IMG/VR virus record: IMGVR_UViG_3300025168_000078
Coordinates: 1,949 to 65,948 of that record
DNA: 64,000 bases
Source of the DNA: a virus
Taxonomy: Duplodnaviria; Caudoviricetes
Reading direction: 5' to 3' (one strand)
Under the pieces are notes generated by a model. It searched no databases. It saw only the letters and a list, made by a program, of their open reading frames with translations, and was not told the DNA's origin. The first letter of the stretch is position 1. Each line of letters starts with the position of its first letter. Shown in pieces: positions 1-8,339 of the stretch. Position numbers and translations under genes: made by a program.

Positions 1-392
1 TCTCTTACCCAGAATTTCATATTACGTCCAGGGTTTGCAACCCATTCCATTGTGTGTATAAGTTTTCGGTAGTTTACCCATTCTGTAACACCTTTTCCTG
101 GTGTTGCCATAACAACATAAGGTTCTAAATCTTCAATTTGTCTTATAGTGTGTTCTACATCATCTAAATCTGATGGTGCAAATAGATTCGTTCGGTAGTC
201 ATACAATTTATTTTTTACCTTTTCCATCTTACCACCCTTATTCATTTCTTGCCACTTTTTATAAAGTGTTTGTTCTTCTACAGACATTTCTTTAAGCATG
301 TCTAGATTATCTATAAGGTTTTGTTTGTTTTCTTCGAAGTTAAAAGAATCCTCAGCCTCTATAATGTCAAATATTGTTGTTTGTTCTCCCAT
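1..392 (-). CDS. DUF4338 / DruA-like domain protein (truncated at window edge; not in ORF track)
   Basis: Hand translation from ATG at 392: MGEQTTIFDIIEAEDSFNFEENKQNL...YRKLIHTMEWVANPGRNMKFWVR, open to the edge. The NPGRxxKF motif resembles phage DUF4338-like proteins. Confidence 0.55.
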   Translation of the reverse strand, partial: MGEQTTIFDIIEAEDSFNFEENKQNLIDNLDMLKEMSVEEQTLYKKWQEMNKGGKMEKVKNKLYDYRTNLFAPSDLDDVEHTIRQIEDLEPYVVMATPGKGVTEWVNYRKLIHTMEWVANPGRNMKFWVR

Positions 393-398
393 ATTATA

Positions 399-427
399 AT
401 AATAATATATTTTAAGTGATATTTCAA
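399..427 (-). promoter_or_regulatory. sigma70-like promoter TTGAAA-N17-TATTAT, 6 nt before ATG
   Basis: Read directly on the minus strand. Confidence 0.6.
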
Positions 428-433
428 GTTTTG

Positions 434-462
434 TTGACTTGTTAATTACCAATATTTATATT
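434..462 (+). promoter_or_regulatory. TTGACT-N17-TATATT promoter overlapping an ATATTTATA motif
   Basis: TTGACT 434-439, TATATT 457-462, ATATTTATA 452-460, ATG at 476. Confidence 0.55.
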
Positions 463-475
463 TAAATAAAAAATT

Positions 476-706
476 ATGGCTTGTAAAAATTGTAAATCCA
501 GTAAGGTGTCCCAAATGTTTAATAATGGAATTAATTCCGTAAAAGGTAACCCTCAATATGACGAATCTGAATTAAGAAATAGATTGTGGGATGATAGTAT
601 GGGTAAATTAAATAAAAAAGAAACTTACCTAATGTGGTTTTTTGGTTGGTTCCCTTTAATTGTAGGTTATTATACCATTATTAGATTTTTGATATCTATC
701 TTTTAA
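476..706 (+). CDS. small hypothetical membrane protein with N-terminal CxxC
   Basis: MACKNCK start, C-terminal hydrophobic helix, upstream promoter motifs. Confidence 0.7.
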   Translation: MACKNCKSSKVSQMFNNGINSVKGNPQYDESELRNRLWDDSMGKLNKKETYLMWFFGWFPLIVGYYTIIRFLISIF

Positions 707-1718
707 AATTTTCTTCTTCTTTTAAGGAGTTAAGTAATTCACTTTCCCTATCATTTAGTTTTTTTGGTGTTTTTATTATCGGTTGGACTACGATATTCCC
801 ATCTGTTTCATTACTTCTAGGCATCCCTTTACCACGAACTGTAAAATTCTGACCTACCTCACTGAAAGGTGGCATTTCCACATTTAAATTAGTATTAAAA
901 TATGGTATAACTATGTTACCACCTAATATTACATCAACAAAATTTATTTCTGGTTCATATATTAAATCTTTACCATTTAATTTAAATACCTTATGCGGTT
1001 CCACCATAACTTGTACGGTAAGATGCCCCGCTGGTGATTTAGGAGCTTCATCACCCATATTTCTAAATGTGAATGATTGTCCAGGCATTAGATTTGTTGG
1101 TATAGCGAAGTCTATATAGGAATCTCGTTGATTCTGGGCTTTACCATTACACGCGTTACAAGTAGTAACTACCATATTACCCGCTCCCGCACAAGTATTA
1201 CACATTTCTTTTCTTATTTGTCTAATAAAAGCATTACCCACCATTCGTTCATGAAATCCCCTACCAGCACATGCTGGACAAATTTGTGTTGTTCCACCAA
1301 ACCCATGACAAGATAAACAATTAATATTTCTACTATATTTTAATCTTTTTGTGGCCCCAAAAAAAACATCGTCTAATGTAACAGAAAGAGGAATGTTCAA
1401 ACTCCTGCCAATATTATCTTGTTGTCTAGATTGGTTTGGTTGGTTTCTAAAAAACTGATTGAATAGGTCGTCCATATTGGACCCTCCCCCACCACCTCCA
1501 CCGTGATGGTGAAATGGGTTTTGCCCTCTAGTGTCATATTCCCTACGTTTATTGTCATTGCTCAAAACATCATAGGCTTCGGACATTTGTTTAAATAGAT
1601 TTTCATCACCACCCTTATCTGGGTGATGTTGTTTGGATAGGGTTCTAAATGATTTTTTTACTTCATCTTTAGTTGCCCCTCTATTTATATTTAAAATTTT
1701 ATAATAATCTTTATTCAT
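696..1718 (-). CDS. dnaJ: DnaJ/Hsp40 co-chaperone (type I)
   Basis: J-domain DYYKIL...HPDK, Gly-rich linker, four CxxCxG repeats (CLSCHGFG, CPACAGRG, CNTCAGAG, CNACNGKA), C-terminal domain. Confidence 0.96.
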   Translation of the reverse strand: MNKDYYKILNINRGATKDEVKKSFRTLSKQHHPDKGGDENLFKQMSEAYDVLSNDNKRREYDTRGQNPFHHHGGGGGGGSNMDDLFNQFFRNQPNQSRQQDNIGRSLNIPLSVTLDDVFFGATKRLKYSRNINCLSCHGFGGTTQICPACAGRGFHERMVGNAFIRQIRKEMCNTCAGAGNMVVTTCNACNGKAQNQRDSYIDFAIPTNLMPGQSFTFRNMGDEAPKSPAGHLTVQVMVEPHKVFKLNGKDLIYEPEINFVDVILGGNIVIPYFNTNLNVEMPPFSEVGQNFTVRGKGMPRSNETDGNIVVQPIIKTPKKLNDRESELLNSLKEEENFKR

Positions 1719-2354
1719 ATGGTTTATAATAGAAATAAATACAAAATTGTCTTATTTAGAAATGGTGAAAGAAATAAAGTTTTCTTTTCTTCTAATAACA
1801 AAAAAAGTATCTTAACTAAGTATAGTAAATTTATAGAAGAAAAAAAGCCTAAATTCATAACAGAATATATTTCTCGTAAGAAGGTTATGTTTGAGTTGGC
1901 AATTATTACTACTGAGGACTCAGATGACGTATTACATGTAAAGGATAATATCGGTAGAAGTCGAAAACTGTCTCTGGGGAACTCTGAGTATAGTATAATT
2001 AAAATATTACCTTACTGGAAAGAGGAATATATCTACGACCATAATACCAAAACAAAGATTACTTTTTCCGAGTTTTTTAAGGTATACTTATCCAGTAACC
2101 CTTTTAAACAAGTTTTTACTTTAAATAATAAGTTGGTGATTCACCAAGATGATTCTTTAAACGTATTTAGTCTTAAAACAGTATCAGACTCTATTAGGTT
2201 GTTAAGGGTGATTGAGGTGGGATTTTTAGATATCGGTAGGTATGACTGTTTATTTGTTGTTGATAGTGATACCGTTCAACGTAAACAATTATATGATTTA
2301 CTGGAGTCTAAGGGGTATAAGAGAAGTTTTTTACAAAAACAATATACTTATTAA
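1719..2354 (+). CDS. hypothetical protein
   Basis: 211-aa ORF filling the gap; TATTTATA motif at 1682-1689 upstream. Confidence 0.8.
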   Translation: MVYNRNKYKIVLFRNGERNKVFFSSNNKKSILTKYSKFIEEKKPKFITEYISRKKVMFELAIITTEDSDDVLHVKDNIGRSRKLSLGNSEYSIIKILPYWKEEYIYDHNTKTKITFSEFFKVYLSSNPFKQVFTLNNKLVIHQDDSLNVFSLKTVSDSIRLLRVIEVGFLDIGRYDCLFVVDSDTVQRKQLYDLLESKGYKRSFLQKQYTY

Positions 2355-2584
2355 TTTTTTAAAAATATAAATTCAACATCACCTATATTAAGAGATATTT
2401 TATCTTGGTTTCTATCGACCCTAACCCTAACAAATTCTTCTATTTCAAGTAGTACCTCGTCAAATTTACCAGATTCTATATTTAATTCTATTTTTTGATT
2501 AACTAGGTATGGGTTATTTTTAATCTTTTCCGCTATTTCAGCACAATCTTCTAAAACTTTAGAAATTTTTTGATTTTCTTCCAT
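2351..2584 (-). CDS. hypothetical protein
   Basis: 77-aa ORF in a tightly packed minus-strand run. Confidence 0.7.
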   Translation of the reverse strand: MEENQKISKVLEDCAEIAEKIKNNPYLVNQKIELNIESGKFDEVLLEIEEFVRVRVDRNQDKISLNIGDVEFIFLKN

Positions 2585-2751
2585 ATTCCTGTACCTCCTT
2601 GGGGTTTTTGTTTAATTTCTCTTTTATTTATAAACTCCTGGATTGTGCTATTCTTTATTTCTTTTATTACTCTTTTTTTATGTTGCAAGATTTCCTGGTG
2701 GTCCTTCAATACTTCCTTTTCCAACCAGGTCTTCAGTTGTTTTTTCTCCAT
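2551..2751 (-). CDS. hypothetical protein
   Basis: 66-aa ORF overlapping its neighbours. Confidence 0.6.
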   Translation of the reverse strand: MEKKQLKTWLEKEVLKDHQEILQHKKRVIKEIKNSTIQEFINKREIKQKPQGGTGIWKKIKKFLKF

Positions 2752-3139
2752 TTAATTCTATATTATTTTTTTCAAAATTAAAATTTAGCTGTCTCAAAGA
2801 ATCTACATTGTTTTCCTCAAACATTTTTTTCAATTCTATCATTTTTAAAGATAATAGACTATTTTTCTCTTCCACATCTTTGTTCCATTTAATTATAGCT
2901 TTTATTTCATCAATTAATATATCACAACTTTCTCCATTAAACATATGAAAAAAAGATACTAGTTTTGAGTCGTTTTGGGTAACCCCCACTTTAATTTGTA
3001 CTTTACCACCTCTACTCTCTAAAACTCTTTTATCTTCCCAACTTAAAGGTAGTTTTAAATCAATAACTATAAACTCTTCATGTTTTCTAATACTATGAAA
3101 ATAGACTCCAAATTCTAATATTTCGCTATATAGTGACAT
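2678..3139 (-). CDS. hypothetical protein
   Basis: 153-aa ORF abutting the upstream stop. Confidence 0.75.
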   Translation of the reverse strand: MSLYSEILEFGVYFHSIRKHEEFIVIDLKLPLSWEDKRVLESRGGKVQIKVGVTQNDSKLVSFFHMFNGESCDILIDEIKAIIKWNKDVEEKNSLLSLKMIELKKMFEENNVDSLRQLNFNFEKNNIELNGEKTTEDLVGKGSIEGPPGNLAT

Positions 3140-3319
3140 TTAATAAATCAAATAAGTAAGTGTGTAGGATATTGCAATACCTAATAAAATTAATTCTTCT
3201 TTAACTAGGGTGTATCTATCGGGGTCTGTTGATAGTAACTTTGTTACGAATAAAAAAGCACTCCTACCTAGGTGTAGTAAAAAAAATATAAATATTAATG
3301 TGTATACCCAACCAGCCAT
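3140..3319 (-). CDS. 59-aa two-TM membrane protein (not in ORF track)
   Basis: MAGWVYTLIFIFFLLHLGRSAFLFVTKLLSTDPDRYTLVKEELILLGIAISYTLTYLIY; exactly fills the gap between neighbouring genes. Confidence 0.7.
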   Translation of the reverse strand: MAGWVYTLIFIFFLLHLGRSAFLFVTKLLSTDPDRYTLVKEELILLGIAISYTLTYLIY

Positions 3320-3493
3320 CTATTTTCTACTTTCTTCTAATATTTCTTTTCTTAGGTCCTGTAGAACACTTTTCAGTTGTTGTGCTGATTTTCTAGCACG
3401 TATCCCAGCACTTTTATTTTTTTTATCAAAAAATTTTTCAGCATCTACTTTTACTGCTGTTACCAATGTTTCTAATTTTGTTAATGTCTCCAT
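3320..3493 (-). CDS. histone H1-like (Hc1-family) small basic protein (not in ORF track)
   Basis: METLTKLETLVTAVKVDAEKFFDKKNKSAGIRARKSAQQLKSVLQDLRKEILEESRK; the DAEKF..K.N.xAG.R.RK pattern matches Bacteroidetes/Chlamydia Hc1-like proteins. Confidence 0.8.
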   Translation of the reverse strand: METLTKLETLVTAVKVDAEKFFDKKNKSAGIRARKSAQQLKSVLQDLRKEILEESRK

Positions 3494-3494
3494 G

Positions 3495-3701
3495 TTATTT
3501 ATTTTCTTTTTCTTTATTTATATAAGTTTCCCAAGTACCAATATTTGCATTAGCCTGGGTTAATTTATTAATTAGTTTCATACTTAACTCTAACTTTTCT
3601 TCAGTTGTGTCCGTGGTTAGATTGAGTACTCTTTCTAATTCGTGTTCTAACTTTTGTTTATCTGTTATAAGCTCGTTACTAATAATATTTAATATTCTCA
3701 T
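3495..3701 (-). CDS. hypothetical coiled-coil protein
   Basis: 68-aa ORF with a promoter immediately upstream. Confidence 0.7.
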   Translation of the reverse strand: MRILNIISNELITDKQKLEHELERVLNLTTDTTEEKLELSMKLINKLTQANANIGTWETYINKEKENK

Positions 3702-3707
3702 AGGTTA

Positions 3708-3736
3708 AACTTAATTAATTATTTAGCCACAGTCAA
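3708..3736 (-). promoter_or_regulatory. TTGACT-N17-TAAGTT promoter, 6 nt before ATG
   Basis: Read directly. Confidence 0.6.
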
Positions 3737-4195
3737 GCTGTCATCTAGAATTTTATATATTTCATTAAACATATCTAATTCTGATTTAGTTTTATTAATA
3801 TATAACGTAAATAATGTACTTAAAAATGACCTAAGTTTTGTAATGTGTTCTTCGTTATTAGTGTGTTGGTAGTAAGACTCGTCAAAAAAATTCCATAAAT
3901 AAACATAGTGTTTACCTTCTTTTCTAAATAGGATATTCTCTTTTTTAAAGTTATTTATTGTCTTCTCCCAACACCAATTAAAATGACCTTTTTTTTCACT
4001 TTCACTTTTTATAATATCTTCACCTAAATAGGTATCAATAATTACCCCATATAGTGAATCCAAATAATCACAAAAAAGTTCAGATTTTTCTGCATTTATA
4101 TTATTAACTTTAACCCATAGATTCATTTCGTCACTACTAATAGGTTCAGTTATATAATTTAAAAATTCTTCAGGTAGTAATCTTCTTCTTTCCAT
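3719..4195 (-). CDS. hypothetical protein
   Basis: 158-aa ORF containing HFNWCWEKT. Confidence 0.8.
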   Translation of the reverse strand: MERRRLLPEEFLNYITEPISSDEMNLWVKVNNINAEKSELFCDYLDSLYGVIIDTYLGEDIIKSESEKKGHFNWCWEKTINNFKKENILFRKEGKHYVYLWNFFDESYYQHTNNEEHITKLRSFLSTLFTLYINKTKSELDMFNEIYKILDDSLTVAK

Positions 4196-4247
4196 ATCTT
4201 TTTGTTAATATAAAGATAGGTGATGTATAGGGGTGAGGTAAATAGAA

Positions 4248-5189
4248 TTACTGAGTATTTTTATTATAAACCCATAATCTTTTCATACTTTCAACATCAA
4301 TTCCAACACCTTCTTTTACTTGTAGCACTTTTTGTACATCTGGTGTGATACCTTTTAGGTTTGTCATGGATGCTTTCTGAGTGGCTATTTTTTCTTTTCT
4401 ACGTTCAGCTGACTTTTTTATTTTTTCCCCTAAATTACTTTTATAACCAACATTACCTAACAATTCCCCGTCTTCATCTTCTTGAGCATTTCCTGTTTCT
4501 GAAGAACCTTCTAGGTAATCGGTTAGTTTTTCCATATTTAAGTTATTAATATCAAAGTCGGCTAATCCTGGATGAGCAAAATCATCTATAAATTCTTGGT
4601 CGTCGTCATTATTTCTATAGTATTGATATCCTATATTTTCTGGGTCTGTTTTTGAGTCTTCCTGGTGGGGGAACTCTGGATTTGTGTTACCTTCAAAAGT
4701 CTCATAGTCTTTAAACTTCTTTTTTGTATCTTTTAGATATTTTTTACTTTCACTACCACTAGTTTTATGTGCTCTTTCATACTCTCGCATTCCCGGGTCT
4801 TTTTTTGCTTCCTTTAATTTTTTTCTCACTAATTTTTTAATAGTGTCTGTGGTAGATTCACTAATTCTAGATTCTTTTGTATCCCCTGTTGGTGACTCTT
4901 CATAGTTTGGGTCATATTTCTTTTTTACTTTGTCTAGGAATTCTTTTGTATCCCCTGACCCTTGTTCAGACATAACCTCTTTAACCATACCATCAATTGT
5001 ATTTTCTAATACCATTTTTTCTGCCATTTCATCAGCGACAGCTTTTAAAGCCTCTTCAATTACTTGAGTTTCTGACGCTTTGATTTCTAAACCTTTATGG
5101 TCACGTGCTAATGCATGATTTTCACCTATTCGGTCTACAGCTTTTCTTATAATTTGTGTTAAATCTGGACTTTTTGCTAGTATTGACAT
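4248..5189 (-). CDS. charged hypothetical protein, candidate internal head protein
   Basis: 313 aa with many [ILV]-x-E sites; GATATTTATA motif upstream. Confidence 0.7.
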   Translation of the reverse strand: MSILAKSPDLTQIIRKAVDRIGENHALARDHKGLEIKASETQVIEEALKAVADEMAEKMVLENTIDGMVKEVMSEQGSGDTKEFLDKVKKKYDPNYEESPTGDTKESRISESTTDTIKKLVRKKLKEAKKDPGMREYERAHKTSGSESKKYLKDTKKKFKDYETFEGNTNPEFPHQEDSKTDPENIGYQYYRNNDDDQEFIDDFAHPGLADFDINNLNMEKLTDYLEGSSETGNAQEDEDGELLGNVGYKSNLGEKIKKSAERRKEKIATQKASMTNLKGITPDVQKVLQVKEGVGIDVESMKRLWVYNKNTQ

Positions 5190-5202
5190 AATTTCTTTTT
5201 AT

Positions 5203-5211
5203 TATAAATAT
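5203..5211 (-). promoter_or_regulatory. ATATTTATA motif (putative late promoter; representative copy)
   Basis: Same motif precedes genes starting at 476, 1718, 1719, 6173, 6560, 9732, 11607, 13990, 28349, 40280, 55096, 57515 and 61223. Confidence 0.65.
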
Positions 5212-5215
5212 CTAT

Positions 5216-5929
5216 TTATTCGTATTTCCCCCCTACGTTTGACCCCATTGTAGAAATTTTACCTATTGGGGTGTTCATTTTTGCTTTACCTACAAGACTA
5301 GTTATTGGTGACTTATAGAAACTTCTACTTATAATCTCTTCTATTTCTTTTTTTACCAAATTTTTAATATAGTCTTTATCTTTACCGGTTTTCTTAGAAA
5401 CTTCATTAATTGCTTTTTTAATTTTATTGTTTTCTGTTAGGTCTAAAGCGTTTATATCTCCTTGATTACAGTATGGGAACTTTTTACATTTGTCTTTTAT
5501 TTTAACAAATTTACCTCCTGGCCATTGTGTTTTTGCCGCTCCTCTCCAATTTTTTTTGTCTTTAGCCCACATTTGTGGTGTTTCATATGACCCTGAACTT
5601 GCAGCTGTAGTTTGTTCACCCACCTCTTCTTGTTTTTCTTTCTTTTTCTTTTTAAATCTTGGGTCAAACCCTAAAGGAGCCGAAAAAGCTCCTGAACTTG
5701 CAGAAGTTGTTTGTTCACCCACTTCCTCTTCCTTATCCCCCTTTACCCATTCAGAGTGTAAAATTCCAGGGTGTATCTCAGCACATTTTTTACCTTTATG
5801 TGTTCTCACTTCTTCTTTTACTTCCTCCATATCTTTTTGATTTTTTAATAAGCTTTTAAAAAACATTTTATCCGGACCCTCAATTGCTTTATTTATAGCG
5901 GCATCAAAATTATTTTGTAATTGTCCCAT
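5216..5929 (-). CDS. hypothetical protein with duplicated EEVGEQTTxASSG motif, candidate head protein
   Basis: 237 aa; two EEVGEQTT(S/A)ASSG repeats; CKKFPYCNQGD motif. Confidence 0.75.
   Translation of the reverse strand: MGQLQNNFDAAINKAIEGPDKMFFKSLLKNQKDMEEVKEEVRTHKGKKCAEIHPGILHSEWVKGDKEEEVGEQTTSASSGAFSAPLGFDPRFKKKKKEKQEEVGEQTTAASSGSYETPQMWAKDKKNWRGAAKTQWPGGKFVKIKDKCKKFPYCNQGDINALDLTENNKIKKAINEVSKKTGKDKDYIKNLVKKEIEEIISRSFYKSPITSLVGKAKMNTPIGKISTMGSNVGGKYE
5592..5728. repeat. imperfect 38-bp direct repeat, 99-bp spacing
   Basis: cctgaacttgcag...tttgttcacccac at 5592 and 5691. Confidence 0.85.
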
Positions 5930-5930
5930 T

Positions 5931-6173
5931 TTATCTAACTCTTTTTAATTCTGATTGCCACATACTACGTCTAAACCAAAATGTTTTATATAACTCTAAC
6001 ATAACCTTACTAACAATATCTACAATTTCTGCCCTAGTATTTCTTCCTTTTTTAATCTCATTAGCCACAACTTTTTCTACCTCATTCTTAAATTGTGGTT
6101 TAGTCATGAAGTCTTTCATTTCTTTTCTAGCGATTCTTGCTATCTCGTCTCTATCTGTTTTTGTTAATGCCAT
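5931..6173 (-). CDS. hypothetical protein
   Basis: 80-aa ORF; ATATTTATA motif at 6178-6186. Confidence 0.75.
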   Translation of the reverse strand: MALTKTDRDEIARIARKEMKDFMTKPQFKNEVEKVVANEIKKGRNTRAEIVDIVSKVMLELYKTFWFRRSMWQSELKRVR

Positions 6174-6185
6174 TACTTATAAATA

Positions 6186-6560
6186 TCAGTTAACGTTAGA
6201 TACTACCCAAGATGATGTAATAATTGTTGCTGCACCTAAAACGAAGTGTATAACTGGTTTATTATACCACTTTGGTCTCAGTTCTTTTGTTAAATCCATA
6301 TATAAATCTATTCTCTGATTTAGTAGGTCAGTTTTCTCACCCATAAAAGCTATATGAAGACTATCTTGTGTGTGTAATGTTTTGTAGTTGGTGATTTGTG
6401 TGTTTAATAAATTAATCTCTAGTTTTTGCAAACTATCATTTTGTTCATACACTTGAAATAGTGAGTCTATTTTAACTACCTCCTGTTCGGTAAAAGTATT
6501 TGTTTGAGTAAAGGCCCATACTGGGGTAATCAATAATAATATTAGTACTAGTTTTTTCAT
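6186..6560 (-). CDS. exported protein with signal peptide and C-terminal TM (spanin-like candidate)
   Basis: MKKLVLILLLITPVWAFTQ signal, helical core, hydrophobic C-terminus. Confidence 0.65.
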   Translation of the reverse strand: MKKLVLILLLITPVWAFTQTNTFTEQEVVKIDSLFQVYEQNDSLQKLEINLLNTQITNYKTLHTQDSLHIAFMGEKTDLLNQRIDLYMDLTKELRPKWYNKPVIHFVLGAATIITSSWVVSNVN

Positions 6561-6588
6561 AGTTTTATTATAAATATAAGGGAGTGTA

Positions 6589-6915
6589 TTAGTTATCGCT
6601 ATTTTTTAAAGCATTTGTATTAAAAGCCGCGACGCACGCATTTAACCTACAACTCCATTTACCACCATCACTAACACCACCTGTTATGACACTCGATTTT
6701 GTTTCCCAGTCTCGCCAATTAGTCTCTATATTACAATATTGCCCATCATAGTGTCCCATTTTAAGTGTGGACCCCTTACAATACTTCTTTTTATCCCTAG
6801 CTTTCTTTTGGTTTTGCCAAGTATCTGATGAATGCTCCCAATCCGAATGTTGTTCCTTAATAATGTTTTTAATTATTTTTGTTAAATCTTTTTCGGTTAG
6901 TTTAATTTTTTTCAT
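6589..6915 (-). CDS. hypothetical protein with N-terminal KLTE..L..II..IIKEQ leader
   Basis: MKKIKLTEKDLTKIIKNIIKEQ followed by a small Cys-containing domain. Confidence 0.75.
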   Translation of the reverse strand: MKKIKLTEKDLTKIIKNIIKEQHSDWEHSSDTWQNQKKARDKKKYCKGSTLKMGHYDGQYCNIETNWRDWETKSSVITGGVSDGGKWSCRLNACVAAFNTNALKNSDN

Positions 6916-7217
6916 AATCTATTTTTTATTGAGTTGGTTGCTTGTTTAGGTGTTTTCTTTTTTGCCTTAGGTTTTTTTGTTTTAAGTTCTTTTAATTCCT
7001 TATCGGTATCATCGATTTTCTTTTTTGTAACTTTCTTTTTCTTTTTAATATACTTTATCTTACCAGTAACCTCACTAGTTTTATTTTCGTTACCTCTAAT
7101 ATTCTTTTTAATCTTCTTAACCTTTCTACTGGAGTTGGTGTTCATCATCCATACAAGCCCTATAAAGAATCCTATGACCCCTAATACCCATTTCCACGAT
7201 TTTTTTAAAAATTCCAT
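6912..7217 (-). CDS. N-terminal TM, Lys-rich coiled-coil protein (i-spanin/holin-like candidate)
   Basis: WKWVLGVIGFFIGLVWMM TM followed by a basic coiled coil; near the amidase. Confidence 0.6.
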   Translation of the reverse strand: MEFLKKSWKWVLGVIGFFIGLVWMMNTNSSRKVKKIKKNIRGNENKTSEVTGKIKYIKKKKKVTKKKIDDTDKELKELKTKKPKAKKKTPKQATNSIKNRL

Positions 7218-7218
7218 A

Positions 7219-7764
7219 TTATTCTTCTTCTTCTATTGCTGTTGTAGATTTTCTATCAGCTAATACCCCCGCCCATTTTGCTGAAAACACCTGATAGTAA
7301 TCTTTTAGTTTATTAATCATGTCGGTAAACTCTTCATCTACCTTAATCATACTTCCTATTATATATACACCATTTTTTTCACCTACACTATAAAAAAATT
7401 CAGTATCAAATTTAACTAGTTTTCCAGACCACTCAACATTATTACGATACATAGTTAACGGTCCATAATCTACCAAATCAGACACTTGTTCTATAAAGTC
7501 GTCCATAGTTTCTTGGTATGTGTTTTTTTCTTCGTCTGTTAGTGTTATATCTGGGGTTGTATAACCACGAACTATCATTTTACCACTAGACACATCATAC
7601 TCTTTTACTTTTTCCTCATCCCTATCTAAAGTTACGTTTTCTAAGTCTACTGGTGTCTTAGTATTTGGAGCTGTAATCTGTTCAAATATATACCTAGACT
7701 TATTAAGTAAGTTCTTCATCTCATCGTAACGTGTATCGTTATATTCTTCTCTATTTTTTCTCAT
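7219..7764 (-). CDS. hypothetical protein
   Basis: 181-aa acidic ORF. Confidence 0.8.
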   Translation of the reverse strand: MRKNREEYNDTRYDEMKNLLNKSRYIFEQITAPNTKTPVDLENVTLDRDEEKVKEYDVSSGKMIVRGYTTPDITLTDEEKNTYQETMDDFIEQVSDLVDYGPLTMYRNNVEWSGKLVKFDTEFFYSVGEKNGVYIIGSMIKVDEEFTDMINKLKDYYQVFSAKWAGVLADRKSTTAIEEEE

Positions 7765-8339
7765 AAAACATTAAAGTTAAAAGATGGGTTAATGTCTGTC
7801 CAGTATTCACTATAATTACTTCTAGACGTAACCCCTCTAAAGTTTTCAATACCTTCTACTAGGACATTATGTCCTATAAAATTATTAGGTATATCATTTT
7901 TATTGCAAACTTCTTTAATTAATTTAGCTGTCTCATTTATCTGAACCGAACTATATTCATCCCAAAAAAGTTTACCTCTCCATTTTTTTTCATGGACTTT
8001 ACTATTATAAATATCACCTAGCCAATCAACATACCTACCATCAGAGCTTCTTCTAGTTAACCAGCCAACATTTTCTAAACAAACCACAATAACCCCACTG
8101 TCATGATATCCCTTAAAATACAATTTGGTTACATCTTTTTTATTTAAAGTATGTACTTTTCCATTTTTTTCAATGAAGTAATTAGGTATTTTTTCATACT
8201 TCCCGTTTACACGTAATTTTAAGCTTTTTAAAAAATCTTTAGCATTTCTATTACTATTACATAATATAACCTGGTTACTACCTTCCTTTATAGGTAAGTT
8301 TTTGTTTAGTATTGGTTTTATTGGGATGTTGAGTGTCAT
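7761..8339 (-). CDS. N-acetylmuramoyl-L-alanine amidase (Amidase_2)-like protein, possibly inactive
   Basis: PNYFIEKNGKVH, VCLENVG, YSSVQINETAKLI and WTDINPSF follow the amidase_2 layout; start uncertain. Confidence 0.6.
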   Translation of the reverse strand: MTLNIPIKPILNKNLPIKEGSNQVILCNSNRNAKDFLKSLKLRVNGKYEKIPNYFIEKNGKVHTLNKKDVTKLYFKGYHDSGVIVVCLENVGWLTRRSSDGRYVDWLGDIYNSKVHEKKWRGKLFWDEYSSVQINETAKLIKEVCNKNDIPNNFIGHNVLVEGIENFRGVTSRSNYSEYWTDINPSFNFNVL

